Positions 19,476 through 29,645 of a stretch of 64,000 nt of DNA are shown piece by piece; positions within the stretch are counted from its first letter, which is position 1, and every line of letters begins with the position of its first letter. The notes beneath the pieces were generated by a model, which was not told the DNA's origin, searched no databases, and was given only the letters and a program-made list of their open reading frames with translations. A program made the translations under genes and the position numbers. Location: contig OY970342.1 of assembly GCA_963717505.1 (NCBI GenBank), positions 1,984,001 through 2,048,000 on the forward strand, written 5' to 3'. This stretch comes from Candidatus Eiseniibacteriota bacterium. Lineage in GTDB: Bacteria > Eisenbacteria > RBG-16-71-46.

Positions 19476-20104
19476 CTCAGGCCGCGTGGCGCCATCTGGC
19501 CCGCGCGGAACGGCGCCTCGCCGGCGAGGCGCGATGGGTCGCGGGCGTCGATGAAGCCGGCCGCGGTCCGCTGGCCGGTCCGGTGGTCGCGGCTGCGGTC
19601 GTCCTGCCACTCGGTCTGCGCTGGGAAGGGCTCGACGACAGCAAGAAACTCGAGCCCGCCGCACGTGAAGGTTTGTACGCCCGAGTCCGATCCGAGGCTC
19701 GGGCGTTTGCTTGGACGGTGATCGGTTCGCGCCACATCGACTTCGCCAACATCCGCCGCGCGAGTTTGAGAGCCATGGCGCGCTCGGTCGAGAAGCTGAC
19801 CCAGACGCCTGACCTGGTGCTGGTCGACGGCGCGGATCGGATTCCGGGTCTCCGCCTCCGGCAGGAAGCCGTGATCGATGGCGACGCGCGCATGCTGTCG
19901 ATCGCCGCGGCGTCGGTGTTGGCCAAGGTGGTCCGCGACCGGATCATGGAACGGCTCGACCGCGTGTGGCCCGGCTATGGCTTCGCCAAGCACAAGGGCT
20001 ACGGCACGCCGGAGCATTTGGAAGCCCTTGCGCGGCTCGGTCCGTGCCCGATCCATCGCTATTCGTTCTCGCCGGTGTGCGAGCTGGAATTGCCCCTGGT
20101 TTAG
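19472..20104 (+). CDS. rnhB: Ribonuclease HII
   Basis: GVDEAGRGPLAGPVVAAA, DDSKKL, SIAAASVLAKVVRD, KHKGYGT. Confidence 0.95.
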   Translation: MTQAAWRHLARAERRLAGEARWVAGVDEAGRGPLAGPVVAAAVVLPLGLRWEGLDDSKKLEPAAREGLYARVRSEARAFAWTVIGSRHIDFANIRRASLRAMARSVEKLTQTPDLVLVDGADRIPGLRLRQEAVIDGDARMLSIAAASVLAKVVRDRIMERLDRVWPGYGFAKHKGYGTPEHLEALARLGPCPIHRYSFSPVCELELPLV

Positions 20105-20155
20105 CGAGCCCTGCCGAGCGGAACAAAATCCATCCGCCCCCGCGGAGCCTGTCCC

Positions 20156-20503
20156 ATGGGAATCGCACGCGCACGCGGCGGCGCCGGTGAAGCACTGGCG
20201 GCCGCCTACCTCGAGCTGGTCGGATTCGAGATCGTCGAGCGCAATCACCGCATTGCCGGCGTCGAGGTGGACTTGGTGGCCCAGGACGATCGAGCGCTGG
20301 TGCTGGTCGAAGTGAAGTTCCGGGGCCGAACCGACTACGGGGGCGCGGCGGCCTCGCTCGCGGCGAAGCAGCGCGAGCGCCTGTTGCGCGCCGCCTCGGT
20401 GGCCGCGGCTCGTGGCGCGGCGGTGCGCGTCGATGTCGTGGCGATCGAACGGGTCGAAGACGGTGCCATCCTCCGTCACTTCCGGAACGCCCTGGCCGAG
20501 TGA
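20156..20503 (+). CDS. yraN: YraN-family (UPF0102) putative endonuclease
   Basis: GEALAAAYL, ERNHR, EVDLVA, VLVEVKFR, RVDVVAI; follows rnhB. Confidence 0.88.
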   Translation: MGIARARGGAGEALAAAYLELVGFEIVERNHRIAGVEVDLVAQDDRALVLVEVKFRGRTDYGGAAASLAAKQRERLLRAASVAAARGAAVRVDVVAIERVEDGAILRHFRNALAE

Positions 20504-20561
20504 CGCCGGGCCGGCGCTCGATTCCGCCCGAGGCGCCGGCACCGTGTAGGATCACCGGCCC

Positions 20562-21905
20562 ATGGCGAACCTTCCCCGCTTCGGCCGCCTGAGAATCCCG
20601 GACCGGATCACCCAGCGCTGGCGGGCCCGGTTGCGCGCCCAGCGCCGATGGTGGCGCGAGCGCTGGCGCGTGTTCTCGGGCGACGCCGTGCTGTTCCCGC
20701 GCGAAGGCCACGGCATGGTCGCGGTCGAGACCCTGGCGGGCCGACCGGCCGGCAACGCATCAACTCCCAGTTCGCCGCGCATCGCGATCCTGCACGCCAC
20801 CGCCGGTAACGGCCACAAGCGCGCCGCCCAGGCGCTGGCGGCGGCGTTCAGCGCGCTGAGCCCGGGCGTCACCGTCCGCGAGGTCGACACGCTGGTGTTC
20901 GCCTCGCGCCTCTATCGCGGCACCTACGCGGCGTCGTACAACGCGATGGCGGCACGGGCGCCGCGGCTGTGGGGCGCGCTCTATCACTCGTGGGAGCTGG
21001 TGCCGGTGAATCGTGGCGCCGGCCCGGCGCGCCTGGCGCTGGACCGGCTCAACCTGCGCCGTCTGGTGCGGGTCGCGGAGCGCGAGCGGCCGGACGCGAT
21101 CGTCTGCACGCACTTCCTGCCGGTCGAAGCGCTGTCGCACGCGCGCGGCACGGGCAAGGTGCGCGTACCCCTGTTCTGCGTGATCACCGATTTCACCGCG
21201 CATCCGTTCTGGGCGTTCCCCAACGTCGACCGCTATTTCGTCGCGAGCCCGCACGTGGCCGACGAGCTGGCGGCACACGGCGTGCCTCGCGACTCGATCC
21301 AGGTGACCGGCATCCCGATCGATCCGCGCTTCTCGCGAACCGTAGGCCGCGAGGCAGCGCTCGCCGAATTCGGTCTCGACCCTGGCCGGCCGGTCGTGCT
21401 GTTGATGGGCGGCGGTAGCGGCGTCGGCCCGATGGCCGAGCTGGCGCCGCGGCTCGCGCGCCTGCCGGTGGCGCCTCAGGTCGTGGTCGTGTGCGGCACC
21501 AACGAGGCTTTGCGTCGCGAGGTCCAGAAACAGGGGCCGCGGCTACTCGCGCTCGGTTTCACCGACCGGGTCGATGCGTTGCTCGAAGCCTGCGACGTCG
21601 TGGTGAGCAAGGCGGGCGGACTCACGTGCTCCGAGGCGCTGGTCAAGCGGGCGCCGCTGGTCGTCTATCGGCCGACGCCGGGTCAGGAAGTGCGCAACGC
21701 CGAGTTCCTCGAGTCGGTCGGCGCCGCCAAGCACGCGGACTCGATCGAGGAAGTCGAGCATCTGGTCCAGCACTGGATCGCCAATCCCAGGGAGCGCGAA
21801 CGCGTGCGCGAGGCCGCCGGCCGGATCGCGACGCCCAATGCGGCAGAGGCGATCGCACGGTGCGTGCTCGATTCGCTTCCCAGCCAGCTCGCACGGAGCG
21901 CCTGA
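20562..21905 (+). CDS. MGDG synthase/UgtP-like diacylglycerol glycosyltransferase (GT28)
   Basis: GNGHKRAAQAL, PDAIVCTHFLP, VITDF..HPFW, TGIPI, MGGGSGVG, SKAGGLTCSEAL, PGQEVRNA. Confidence 0.85.
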   Translation: MANLPRFGRLRIPDRITQRWRARLRAQRRWWRERWRVFSGDAVLFPREGHGMVAVETLAGRPAGNASTPSSPRIAILHATAGNGHKRAAQALAAAFSALSPGVTVREVDTLVFASRLYRGTYAASYNAMAARAPRLWGALYHSWELVPVNRGAGPARLALDRLNLRRLVRVAERERPDAIVCTHFLPVEALSHARGTGKVRVPLFCVITDFTAHPFWAFPNVDRYFVASPHVADELAAHGVPRDSIQVTGIPIDPRFSRTVGREAALAEFGLDPGRPVVLLMGGGSGVGPMAELAPRLARLPVAPQVVVVCGTNEALRREVQKQGPRLLALGFTDRVDALLEACDVVVSKAGGLTCSEALVKRAPLVVYRPTPGQEVRNAEFLESVGAAKHADSIEEVEHLVQHWIANPRERERVREAAGRIATPNAAEAIARCVLDSLPSQLARSA

Positions 21906-21913
21906 GTTCGAAC

Positions 21914-22870
21914 ATGGTGAAGGCCGCCGAACCAGCTCCATCCACGCTGATTCGCAATGCGCTCGACGGTGATCGCGCCGCATTGGCGCGCGCCATCTCC
22001 TGGGTCGAGAACGAAGCCCCGGGTGCGGCAGCGGTGCTCGACGCCTGTTTCGCGAAGAGCGGGCGCGCGCGGCGGATCGGCATCACCGGCCCGCCGGGCG
22101 CGGGGAAGAGCACGCTGGTCACCCGGCTCGCGAAACTGTGGCGCGAGCGCGGCGAGACGGTGGCAATCGTTGCCGTGGACCCGACCAGCCCGTTCAGCGG
22201 CGGTGCCCTGCTCGGCGACCGCGTGCGCATGATGGAACTGGCCGGCGATCCCGGCGTGTTCATTCGCTCGATGGCGACGCGCGGCAGCCTGGGCGGGCTC
22301 GCGGTCCACACCGCGCAGGTGTGCGACGTGCTCGACGCCGCCGGCTTCAGCCGCATCCTGATTGAGACCGTCGGTGTCGGGCAGAGCGAGCTCGAGGTGG
22401 CCGAAACCGCGGACTCGACCGCGGTTGTCCTGGTGCCCGAGTCGGGCGACGGAGTGCAGGCGATGAAAGCCGGGCTGATGGAGATCGGCGACCTATTCGT
22501 GATCAACAAGGCCGACCGCGAAGGCGCCGAGCGCGGGGCGTTCGCTGTGCGCTCGGCGCTGGAGCTGCGCGCCGCGCACGCCGACTGGGATCCGCCGGTG
22601 TTGCTGACCGTGGCATCACAGGGGACTGGCGTCGCCGAAGTCGTCGATCAGTTCGAAGCGCACCTGGCGAATCTGGAAGCCGGCGGAGGACTGGAGCGTC
22701 GCCGGCGCAAACGGCTGGAACAGCGCTTCGAGGATCTCCTGCGGTCGCAGCTGTGGAGCGATTTTCGAGCTTCGCTATCCGACGAAGAGTGGCGACACGT
22801 GCTCGAGGACCTGGCGGCGCGACGGATGACTCCCCATCAAGCGTTGGCCAGAGTCCTACCGACTCGGTGA
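21914..22870 (+). CDS. meaB: Acyl-CoA mutase-associated GTPase MeaB
   Basis: GITGPPGAGKST, AVDPTSPFSGGALLGDRVRM, FIRSMATRG, IETVGVGQSE, QAMKAGLMEI, NKAD. Confidence 0.95.
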   Translation: MVKAAEPAPSTLIRNALDGDRAALARAISWVENEAPGAAAVLDACFAKSGRARRIGITGPPGAGKSTLVTRLAKLWRERGETVAIVAVDPTSPFSGGALLGDRVRMMELAGDPGVFIRSMATRGSLGGLAVHTAQVCDVLDAAGFSRILIETVGVGQSELEVAETADSTAVVLVPESGDGVQAMKAGLMEIGDLFVINKADREGAERGAFAVRSALELRAAHADWDPPVLLTVASQGTGVAEVVDQFEAHLANLEAGGGLERRRRKRLEQRFEDLLRSQLWSDFRASLSDEEWRHVLEDLAARRMTPHQALARVLPTR

Positions 22871-22894
22871 CATCGCTCGACCTGGCACGGAAAG

Positions 22895-22903
22895 TTATCC
22901 ACA
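22895..22903 (+). promoter_or_regulatory. Perfect consensus DnaA box (TTATCCACA), single copy
   Basis: aaagTTATCCACAtcg, intergenic, overlapping the left edge of repeat copy 1; function unproven. Confidence 0.4.
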
Positions 22904-22965
22904 TCGACTCGTTCTGGAGCGAGTTGCGTTAGGCAGGACTAACGCAACTTGCCTTGCGGCAAGTG
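22899..22965. repeat. Dispersed palindromic 11/12/11/6 element, copy 1
   Basis: ccacatcgact-CGTTCTGGAGCG-agttgcgttag-GCAGGA-ctaacgcaact-TGCCTTGCGGCA-agtg. Confidence 0.9.
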
Positions 22966-22981
22966 AGCAAAGCGTTCAGCC

Positions 22982-24028
22982 CTAAGGCTTGCGCACCAGC
23001 GTGTAGGTCGCGAACAGGTCCTTCTCGAGATTCATGGGTTGTTCGCCCTGGTCCCAGCCCAGCGCGTGGCCCATCGCCCGCGCCGCGGGTGAGTCGTCGC
23101 GATCGAACTCGATCACCCGGAAGCCGGCCGACTCCCACAACGCGCGCGGAAACGGGCAACGCCCGTCGGCCCACGGCTTGTACTGCTGGCCGGGCGGACT
23201 CGGCGCCGGCGCCAGGTTGTAGATCATCACGAAGCCGCCGGGTTTGACGATCGACGCGAGCGTGCGCACGTAGGTGGTGTCGTCGACGCCCAGATGCACC
23301 AGCATTCTCGGGTTCACCGGTTGCGCCGGATGGATGTAGCCGTTCTTGAGCGTGTTCTTCGAGATGAACAAGTCCAAATTGCGCCCGACCTGGCGCGCGA
23401 TCGACGTGTCGCCAGGGAAACTTCCGGTCACCAGCGTGACGCGGCCGGACTTGCCACCCGCGCCGCTCACCGGGCCTTGATCGCCCGGCTGGCTGTAGAG
23501 CTTGGCCAGCAATAGATCGACGTCGATGCCGGTCGCATCGGCTCCGAGTGCGGCCAGCAGTTTCAAATGGCCGATCGTGCCGTAGCCGTAGTCGGCGATC
23601 CGCCGGCCGGCGACGTCGGTGAATCCGGCTTTCGACAGGATCTCGAGCGCGCGCACGTAGGCGAGCGGCGTGCCGTACCGGGTCATGTAGTAGAAACCCT
23701 CGTCGAGCGTGCGCGTGACCAACCGAGCGCGAATGGTATCGGGCAAGGTCGCGGCTTCTTCCGAGGTCCAGTAGCGCGTACGAGCCGAGTCGTGGAGCAC
23801 CGTGCGCGGGGCGACATTCTTCAGTGTGGTGGTCGCGTCGAGAAAGGCGCGGGCGAGCTGCGTGGTCACCAGAGGCCGGAGGCTGTCGGCCTCGGCTCGG
23901 ATCTCGCCGACGACCGTGGTGTCGGCCGGGGCAGCCGCGGACCGGGCGGCGCCAAGCACGATGACAAGTGCTGTGATGCCTACGGCTTCGACGGCCGGGA
24001 GTCGGAAGGGCTTCACGGGCGCGATCAT
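22982..24028 (-). CDS. Hypothetical exported protein with a SAM-methyltransferase-like motif
   Basis: Signal-like segment AVGITALVIVLGAARSAAA; RIADYGYG, ATGIDVD, LDLFIS, VKPGGFVMIY; start uncertain. Confidence 0.6.
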   Translation of the reverse strand: MIAPVKPFRLPAVEAVGITALVIVLGAARSAAAPADTTVVGEIRAEADSLRPLVTTQLARAFLDATTTLKNVAPRTVLHDSARTRYWTSEEAATLPDTIRARLVTRTLDEGFYYMTRYGTPLAYVRALEILSKAGFTDVAGRRIADYGYGTIGHLKLLAALGADATGIDVDLLLAKLYSQPGDQGPVSGAGGKSGRVTLVTGSFPGDTSIARQVGRNLDLFISKNTLKNGYIHPAQPVNPRMLVHLGVDDTTYVRTLASIVKPGGFVMIYNLAPAPSPPGQQYKPWADGRCPFPRALWESAGFRVIEFDRDDSPAARAMGHALGWDQGEQPMNLEKDLFATYTLVRKP

Positions 24029-24182
24029 AGGCAGACAGAAGTAAATTCCCCGGATGAATCGGACGAGCGCGGTGATAGACTTTACCGCGTCGAGACTGCA
24101 CGGCTGTGTCTCCCCGCCAGCCACACCCGGTCGGGCCGTCTGCGCCGCGCCGCAACGTCGGCCCGAGATGTTGGAGGGCCCC

Positions 24183-25901
24183 GTGAAAACCCTTCTCGCG
24201 ATCATGCTGCTACTGTCCCCCGCCGTGTCGTTCGCCGGTTGGGGTCCCGATCCCGTCCCGGTGGTTTCAACTACTGACGCCATCCCGCTGGTCGAAGCAT
24301 GTACCGACGGCGAGTACGGGACCTTCGTCGCGTGGCAGCAGGGAGCGACGTCGTCCACCTGCGTCCTACGCGTTCTTCACGTGTTGCCGACCGGTGACCT
24401 CGACCCGGCCTGGCCCGCGACGGGGGCCGTGGTCTGCAACGTCCAGGTCTCTCGAAGCCTGCTCGGTGTTCTACCGGATCGCCTGGGCGGCCTCTTTGTC
24501 TGGTGGCTCGAAGGCTCGCAGCTCTTCCTGACCCGAATGGAAGGCGGTGCTGTCGCGACCGGGTGGCCAGCACGGGGCCGGTTGATTGGCATCGTTTACC
24601 AGGCGAACGGGCAACCCTGCGCCATCGAAGACGGCGCGAACGGAGTGTACCTGGCGTGGCCGGCAGAGAACGCGTTCGAACTGGATCCTTATCGACTGCT
24701 CGCGATTCACCTGGGTCCGACCAACCAGGGGGCCGGTGGATGGCCAAACGGACCGCGCGCGATCAGTAGCGTGCACGACCTGGCAACGATGGACCTCTGG
24801 CCCCGGCTGGCACTAGCTCCCGATGGCGGGATCTTCGCGGCTTATGCGATTTGCAGCCAAGACACCTCCGTGGTTCCGAATCGGTGGCACTTGTCGCGTC
24901 GCACACCCGCCGGCCTGACATCTCCCGGCTGGGCGGCCGAGGGGCTCGAGTTCGGACCCTTTGACTGCGAGCAAATGACGACCACGCTCGAGAGCTTGGT
25001 GGATGTTGCTCAGGACGGTCGTGGCGGCGTCTTCGTCGTGGCCGCGACGTCCGTGCGCAACGAGGGTGGCGTGTCCTGGGCGGCGCCGACGGTCTATCGC
25101 CGGCTCGGCGACGGGAGCACGGCACCCGATTGGCCCGAGGCCGGCCGCCAGTTTGGTCTATATGACGAGATCATGCTCGTCGCGCATCCCGAGGCTGGAT
25201 TCCTCGTGCACCCGGACGGGCGCGACGGGGTCATCGTCGGCAACGTCGTACCCTACGATCACATTGTGGACTACGGCTTTAGCACCATGGATCAGAATGG
25301 TGCCTGGTCCTTGTCATCGGCAATCGAAGGCAAACTCGGAGGGCTCGAGCACGTGTCCAACGAGCGCGGTGGGCTCTATGTCGCCGACTTCAATCCTAAC
25401 GGGCCGACCGGGATCTTCACTCCCAACGCTTTCATCCGCGTGAGCCAATCGGGGCCGTCCGTTCCATGGGGCGAGTACCACGACGAACCGTTCCAGCAGT
25501 GGTACGGAGACATCGGGTTGGCCCAGACCGGTGACGGGGGAGCCGTGTTCTTCTGGTCTCAGACGCACGAGCGTTTCGGGCTCTTCGCCCGGCGTTTCGG
25601 CCCCAACGGCCAAACGACCGCCGTCGACGAACGCCCCCAGGTCGCACGGCTTCGCGGCCTCAAGTGGGTTCGTGGCGCGGGAATTCAAGGCGCGGTCAGC
25701 CTGGAGCCAGGAACTGCGGGGCGCATCGAGGTGTTCGACGTCCTCGGCCGCCGGCTCGCGGATCATCGCCTCGACGGCGCCGGGGCGGGCGAGCAGTCCT
25801 TCACCATCGCGGGTACTGCCGGGCTCCGGTCCGGGCTGGTTGTCGTTCGTGTCTCCCAACGCGATTGGGCGGCCCTGGCCAAAGTCTTCATCGCTCGCTG
25901 A
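24183..25901 (+). CDS. Secreted beta-propeller-like repeat protein with degenerate FlgD/T9SS-like CTD
   Basis: GTG after GGAGG; KTLLAIMLLLSPAVSFA signal peptide; about 8 DGxGG-hydrophobic-W repeats; EVFDVLGRRL...SGLVVVRV...KVFIAR. Confidence 0.7.
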   Translation: MKTLLAIMLLLSPAVSFAGWGPDPVPVVSTTDAIPLVEACTDGEYGTFVAWQQGATSSTCVLRVLHVLPTGDLDPAWPATGAVVCNVQVSRSLLGVLPDRLGGLFVWWLEGSQLFLTRMEGGAVATGWPARGRLIGIVYQANGQPCAIEDGANGVYLAWPAENAFELDPYRLLAIHLGPTNQGAGGWPNGPRAISSVHDLATMDLWPRLALAPDGGIFAAYAICSQDTSVVPNRWHLSRRTPAGLTSPGWAAEGLEFGPFDCEQMTTTLESLVDVAQDGRGGVFVVAATSVRNEGGVSWAAPTVYRRLGDGSTAPDWPEAGRQFGLYDEIMLVAHPEAGFLVHPDGRDGVIVGNVVPYDHIVDYGFSTMDQNGAWSLSSAIEGKLGGLEHVSNERGGLYVADFNPNGPTGIFTPNAFIRVSQSGPSVPWGEYHDEPFQQWYGDIGLAQTGDGGAVFFWSQTHERFGLFARRFGPNGQTTAVDERPQVARLRGLKWVRGAGIQGAVSLEPGTAGRIEVFDVLGRRLADHRLDGAGAGEQSFTIAGTAGLRSGLVVVRVSQRDWAALAKVFIAR

Positions 25902-25904
25902 CTC

Positions 25905-25933
25905 TTGACGGCCCGGAACGTGCCTCGTAGCCT
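25905..25933 (+). promoter_or_regulatory. Sigma70-type promoter candidate for the mutase operon
   Basis: TTGACG-N17-TAGCCT, about 55 bp upstream of the ATG at 25987. Confidence 0.6.
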
Positions 25934-25986
25934 CATTGGGTTCCGGCGCATCCCGTCGCGGCCGATACCCTACTGAAGGAGTGCTC

Positions 25987-27760
25987 ATGGCCACCCGTTC
26001 GCCCGCCTCTCGACGTCGCACGCATGCTCGACCGCGCCCGACTCCGCGCGTGACCGACCGTGCTCGCGCCGGGCGGAACGGCGGCTCGGCTTCGGCCAAC
26101 GGTGTACCCAGCCCCGCGCGGAAGGACTACGACCAGCGATACGCGGACTCGCGCGAGCGCAAGGATCTCTACCCATTCACGATTTCCGGCGTCCCGATCA
26201 AACCGCTCTACACCGCCGAAGACCTGAAGGGCCTCGACCTCGAGCGCGACCTCGGCTACCCCGGCGCCTTTCCCTACACGCGCGGCATCCACTCGACCAT
26301 GTACCGCGGGCGCATGTTCACCATGCGCCAGTTCGCGGGCTTCGGGCTCGCCAAGGAATCCAACGAGCGCTATCACTACCTGCTCGCCCACGGGCAGACC
26401 GGCCTGTCGATCGCCTTCGACAACCCGACGATCATGGGCTACGACAGCGACCATCCGAAGGCCCACGGCGAGGTCGGCAAGTGCGGCGTCGCGGTCGACT
26501 CGCTGCGCGACATGGAGGTGCTGCTCGACGGCATCGACCCGGGAGTGATCTCGACGTCGATGACCATCAACGGCCCAGCGGCGACCATGTTCGGCTTCTA
26601 CCTGGCCAACGCCGAGAAGCGCGGCACGCCGTTCTCCAAGCTGCGCGGGACCCTGCAGAACGACATCCTGAAGGAGTACATCGCGCAGAAGTGCTGGTGT
26701 TTCCCGCCGCGGCCGTCGCTGCGCATCATCGTCGACCTGATCGAGTTCGCGACCAAGCACGTGCCCCAGTGGAACACGATCTCGGTGTCCGGCTATCACA
26801 TCCGCGAGGCCGGCTCGACCGCGGGCCAGGAGCTGGCGTTCACGCTCGCCGACGGCTTCACCTACGTCGAGGAGTGCCTGAAGCGCGGACTCGACATCGA
26901 CGAATTCGCGCCGCGCCTGAGCTTCTTCTGGAACAGCCATCTCGACTTCTTCGAGGAGATCGCCAAGCTGCGCGCCGCGCGCCGCATCTGGGCGCGCCAC
27001 ATGCGCGAGCGCTACAAGGCCAAGAACCCGCAGTCGTGGCTGATGCGCTTCCACACGCAGACGGCCGGCTGCTCGCTGTGGGACAAGCAGCCCGAGAACA
27101 ACATCGTGCGCACCGCGTTCCAGGCGCTGGCCGCGGTGCTGGGCGGCACCCAGTCGCTGCACACCAACTCGATGGACGAGACCATCGCGCTGCCGAGCGA
27201 CAAGGCGGTCAAGATCGCGCTCCGCACGCAGCAGGTCATTGCCCACGAGCTGGGCGTCACCGAGACCGCCGACCCGCTCGCCGGCTCGTATTACCTGGAA
27301 TCTTTGACCAACACGTTGGAAGAACAGGCTGCGCACTATTTCAAACAGATCGAGGCGATGGGCGGGGTCGTCGCCGGTATCGAGCAGGGCTTCTTCCAGC
27401 GCGAGATCGGCCGCGCCGCCTACCAGTACCAGCAGGAGATCGAGCGCAAGCAGCGCGTCCTGGTCGGCATCAACGAATACGTCGAGCCCGACGAGAAGCT
27501 CGAGATCCCGATCCTGTACATCGGTGAGGAAGCCGAGGAGGATCAGACGGCGCAATCTCGAGGAGCTGCGGCGCACACGCGACAACAAGGCGTGCAACTC
27601 GGCGCTCAAGGCGCTGACCGCGGCCGCCGCCAGCGCTCCCGGTGAGCAGAACGTCATGGCCCGCATTCTCGACGCGGCGCGCGCCTACGCCACCGAAGGC
27701 GAGATCCGGAACGCCATGCGCGAAGTGTTCGGCGACTACGTCGAGAGCGCCGAGTTCTAG
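25987..27760 (+). CDS. icmA: B12-dependent acyl-CoA mutase large subunit, isobutyryl-CoA mutase (IcmA) type; apparent frameshift near 27548
   Basis: [16 protein letters not shown] (Phe), [12 protein letters not shown] (Gln), [25 protein letters not shown]; C-terminus [19 protein letters not shown] in a shifted frame. Confidence 0.8.
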
Positions 27761-27788
27761 ACCGGCGCCCGCGAGGAACACACCTTTC

Positions 27789-28367
27789 ATGTCGCCCGTC
27801 ATGACCACGATTCTCCTGCTCGTTCTGGTGGGAGTCGTGGCCCTGGTCGTCAAGTGGTTCACGCAGGAAGCCGCGGAAGACTCGTCGCCCGGGAGCCCGG
27901 GAGAGCGGCCGGCCGCGGAGGCGGTCGACCAGCTGCTGGCCGAGGCCCAGGATCTCGATCCCGGCGACGTCGCCGACATGATCGCGGTCGACTCCGAAGG
28001 CATGGCGTTCGTCCCCGACGGCGACAACGTCCTACTGATCCCGCCGCCCGAGGCGGGGGAGGTGACGCCGGCGCGGCAGCACGCACACCATATCGACCGC
28101 GGCGACCTGATCGGCGTGCGCGTGGTGCGTGGAGCCCCTGACTTCGACCCCTGGCGGCTCGAGGCGCTGGGCCGCGACTTCGAGTACCGCGCCTGGTTCT
28201 TCGAGACCGAGGACGCGGCGGACGCCGCCCGCGACGTGCTCGAGCGCCGCGTGGTGGTTCCCCCGCGCGACGAGTACGACGAACCCAAGCCGCCTTCGGC
28301 CCGCGATTTCGACGAGGCCCGCAGGCGCGACGAAGAGACCGAGCACGCGCTGGACTCTGCGGAATAG
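27789..28367 (+). CDS. Hypothetical protein, N-terminal TM helix, acidic
   Basis: [19 protein letters not shown]; host-like codon usage; fills the gap between mutase subunits. Confidence 0.7.
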   Translation: MSPVMTTILLLVLVGVVALVVKWFTQEAAEDSSPGSPGERPAAEAVDQLLAEAQDLDPGDVADMIAVDSEGMAFVPDGDNVLLIPPPEAGEVTPARQHAHHIDRGDLIGVRVVRGAPDFDPWRLEALGRDFEYRAWFFETEDAADAARDVLERRVVVPPRDEYDEPKPPSARDFDEARRRDEETEHALDSAE

Positions 28368-28441
28368 CCCGGCGGCGTGCGTCCGGCGCGGCTGCCCGCT
28401 ATAGTCCCGTCCTCTCAGCCGCAGGACCCACGAGGAAACTC

Positions 28442-29026
28442 ATGCCGCGCAAGATCCGCGTATTGGTCGGCAAACCCGGCCTCGACGGCCACGACCGTGG
28501 CGCCAAAGTCGTCGCCGCGGCACTCCGCGACGCCGGAATGGAAGTGATCTACACCGGACTTCATCAGACGGCCGAGCAAGTGGTGGAAGCCGCACTTCAA
28601 GAGGACGTCGATGTCGTGGCGCTCTCGATCCTCTCCGGCGCGCACATGACCTTGTTCCCCGAGATCAACAGGCTGATGCGTGCCCGCGGACTTTCCGATC
28701 GCCTGCTCACCGGCGGCGGCATCATTCCGGCCGAGGACATGGACACGCTGGCGACCATGGGCGTCGGCCGCTTGTTCGGTCCGGGTTCGTCGACCCAGGA
28801 CATCGTCGCCTACATCCGCGCGTGGTTCGCCACCCAGCACGGCGCCGATGCGCTCACGCCGTTGCCGCCGCCCCGCGACCCGCAGAGCTTCGTGCCGGCG
28901 GGATCGAGCCCCGCCAAGTCCGTGGCGAAGGTGAAATCCGCGGCCAAGGTGAAATCGGCGGCGAAGAAGAAGTCGGCGCCGAAGCGGAAGCCGGCGGCGA
29001 AGAAGAAAGCCGCGAGACGCCGCTAG
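28442..29026 (+). CDS. Acyl-CoA mutase small (cobalamin-binding) subunit with Lys/Ala-rich C-terminal tail
   Basis: [13 protein letters not shown] (DxHxxG), [28 protein letters not shown]. Confidence 0.93.
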   Translation: MPRKIRVLVGKPGLDGHDRGAKVVAAALRDAGMEVIYTGLHQTAEQVVEAALQEDVDVVALSILSGAHMTLFPEINRLMRARGLSDRLLTGGGIIPAEDMDTLATMGVGRLFGPGSSTQDIVAYIRAWFATQHGADALTPLPPPRDPQSFVPAGSSPAKSVAKVKSAAKVKSAAKKKSAPKRKPAAKKKAARRR

Positions 29027-29033
29027 GGCCGTC

Positions 29034-29645
29034 ATGACCGAGACGCCCCGCCTGCTGGTGGCGCTCAACGGCAGCCCGGTGCGCGGCAGCAGCGTGGACC
29101 TCCTGCTCGCCGCGGCCTGCGAAGGCGCCGATGCCGTGGGCGCCCGCGTGAATCACGTGCGCTGCAACGACCTCCTGATCAAACCGTGTCAGGCGTGCGG
29201 CCCCGAGCCCACGACCGGGTACTGCATCTTTCACGACGACATGGACCCGGTCTACGAAGCCCTGCGCGACGCCCACGCGGTGATCGTCGGCTCGCCGATC
29301 TACTTTGACACCGTGAGCGCCCAGCTCAAACTTGTCATGGACCGGTGCAATTGCATCACGCCACTGGTGCGGACGCCGGAAGGGGGTTACGATTTTCGCC
29401 CGCTGTGGCCACGCACGCGTCGCGCTGCGTTCGTCACCGCGTGCAGCAGCCGACACCGCTACGATCTGGCCGAGCGCAGCGTCCGCGGCTTCCTCAAGTG
29501 GATCGGCGCGCGCTGGGAGGAGACCCTGGCATGGCAGCACGAGGACAACGACCCCGGCAGCGTGCGCGCAAAGCCCGAGTTGATCGAGAGGGCACGGGCG
29601 CTCGGGCGGCGGCTGATCGAGAGCGCACCACTGGTTCCGTCGTGA
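29034..29645 (+). CDS. Flavodoxin family / iron-sulfur flavoprotein
   Basis: NGSPVRG, CQAC...C..HDDM, VGSPIYF, QLKLVMDRC. Confidence 0.85.
   Translation: MTETPRLLVALNGSPVRGSSVDLLLAAACEGADAVGARVNHVRCNDLLIKPCQACGPEPTTGYCIFHDDMDPVYEALRDAHAVIVGSPIYFDTVSAQLKLVMDRCNCITPLVRTPEGGYDFRPLWPRTRRAAFVTACSSRHRYDLAERSVRGFLKWIGARWEETLAWQHEDNDPGSVRAKPELIERARALGRRLIESAPLVPS

Noticed and set aside
22883-22898. Sigma54 promoter (TGGCACG)
   Set aside because: No TTGC at the -12 position, and it lies between convergent gene ends
22922-22949. The chromosomal dif site
   Set aside because: The core is symmetric, matches XerC/XerD arm consensus only loosely and occurs four times in 36 kb
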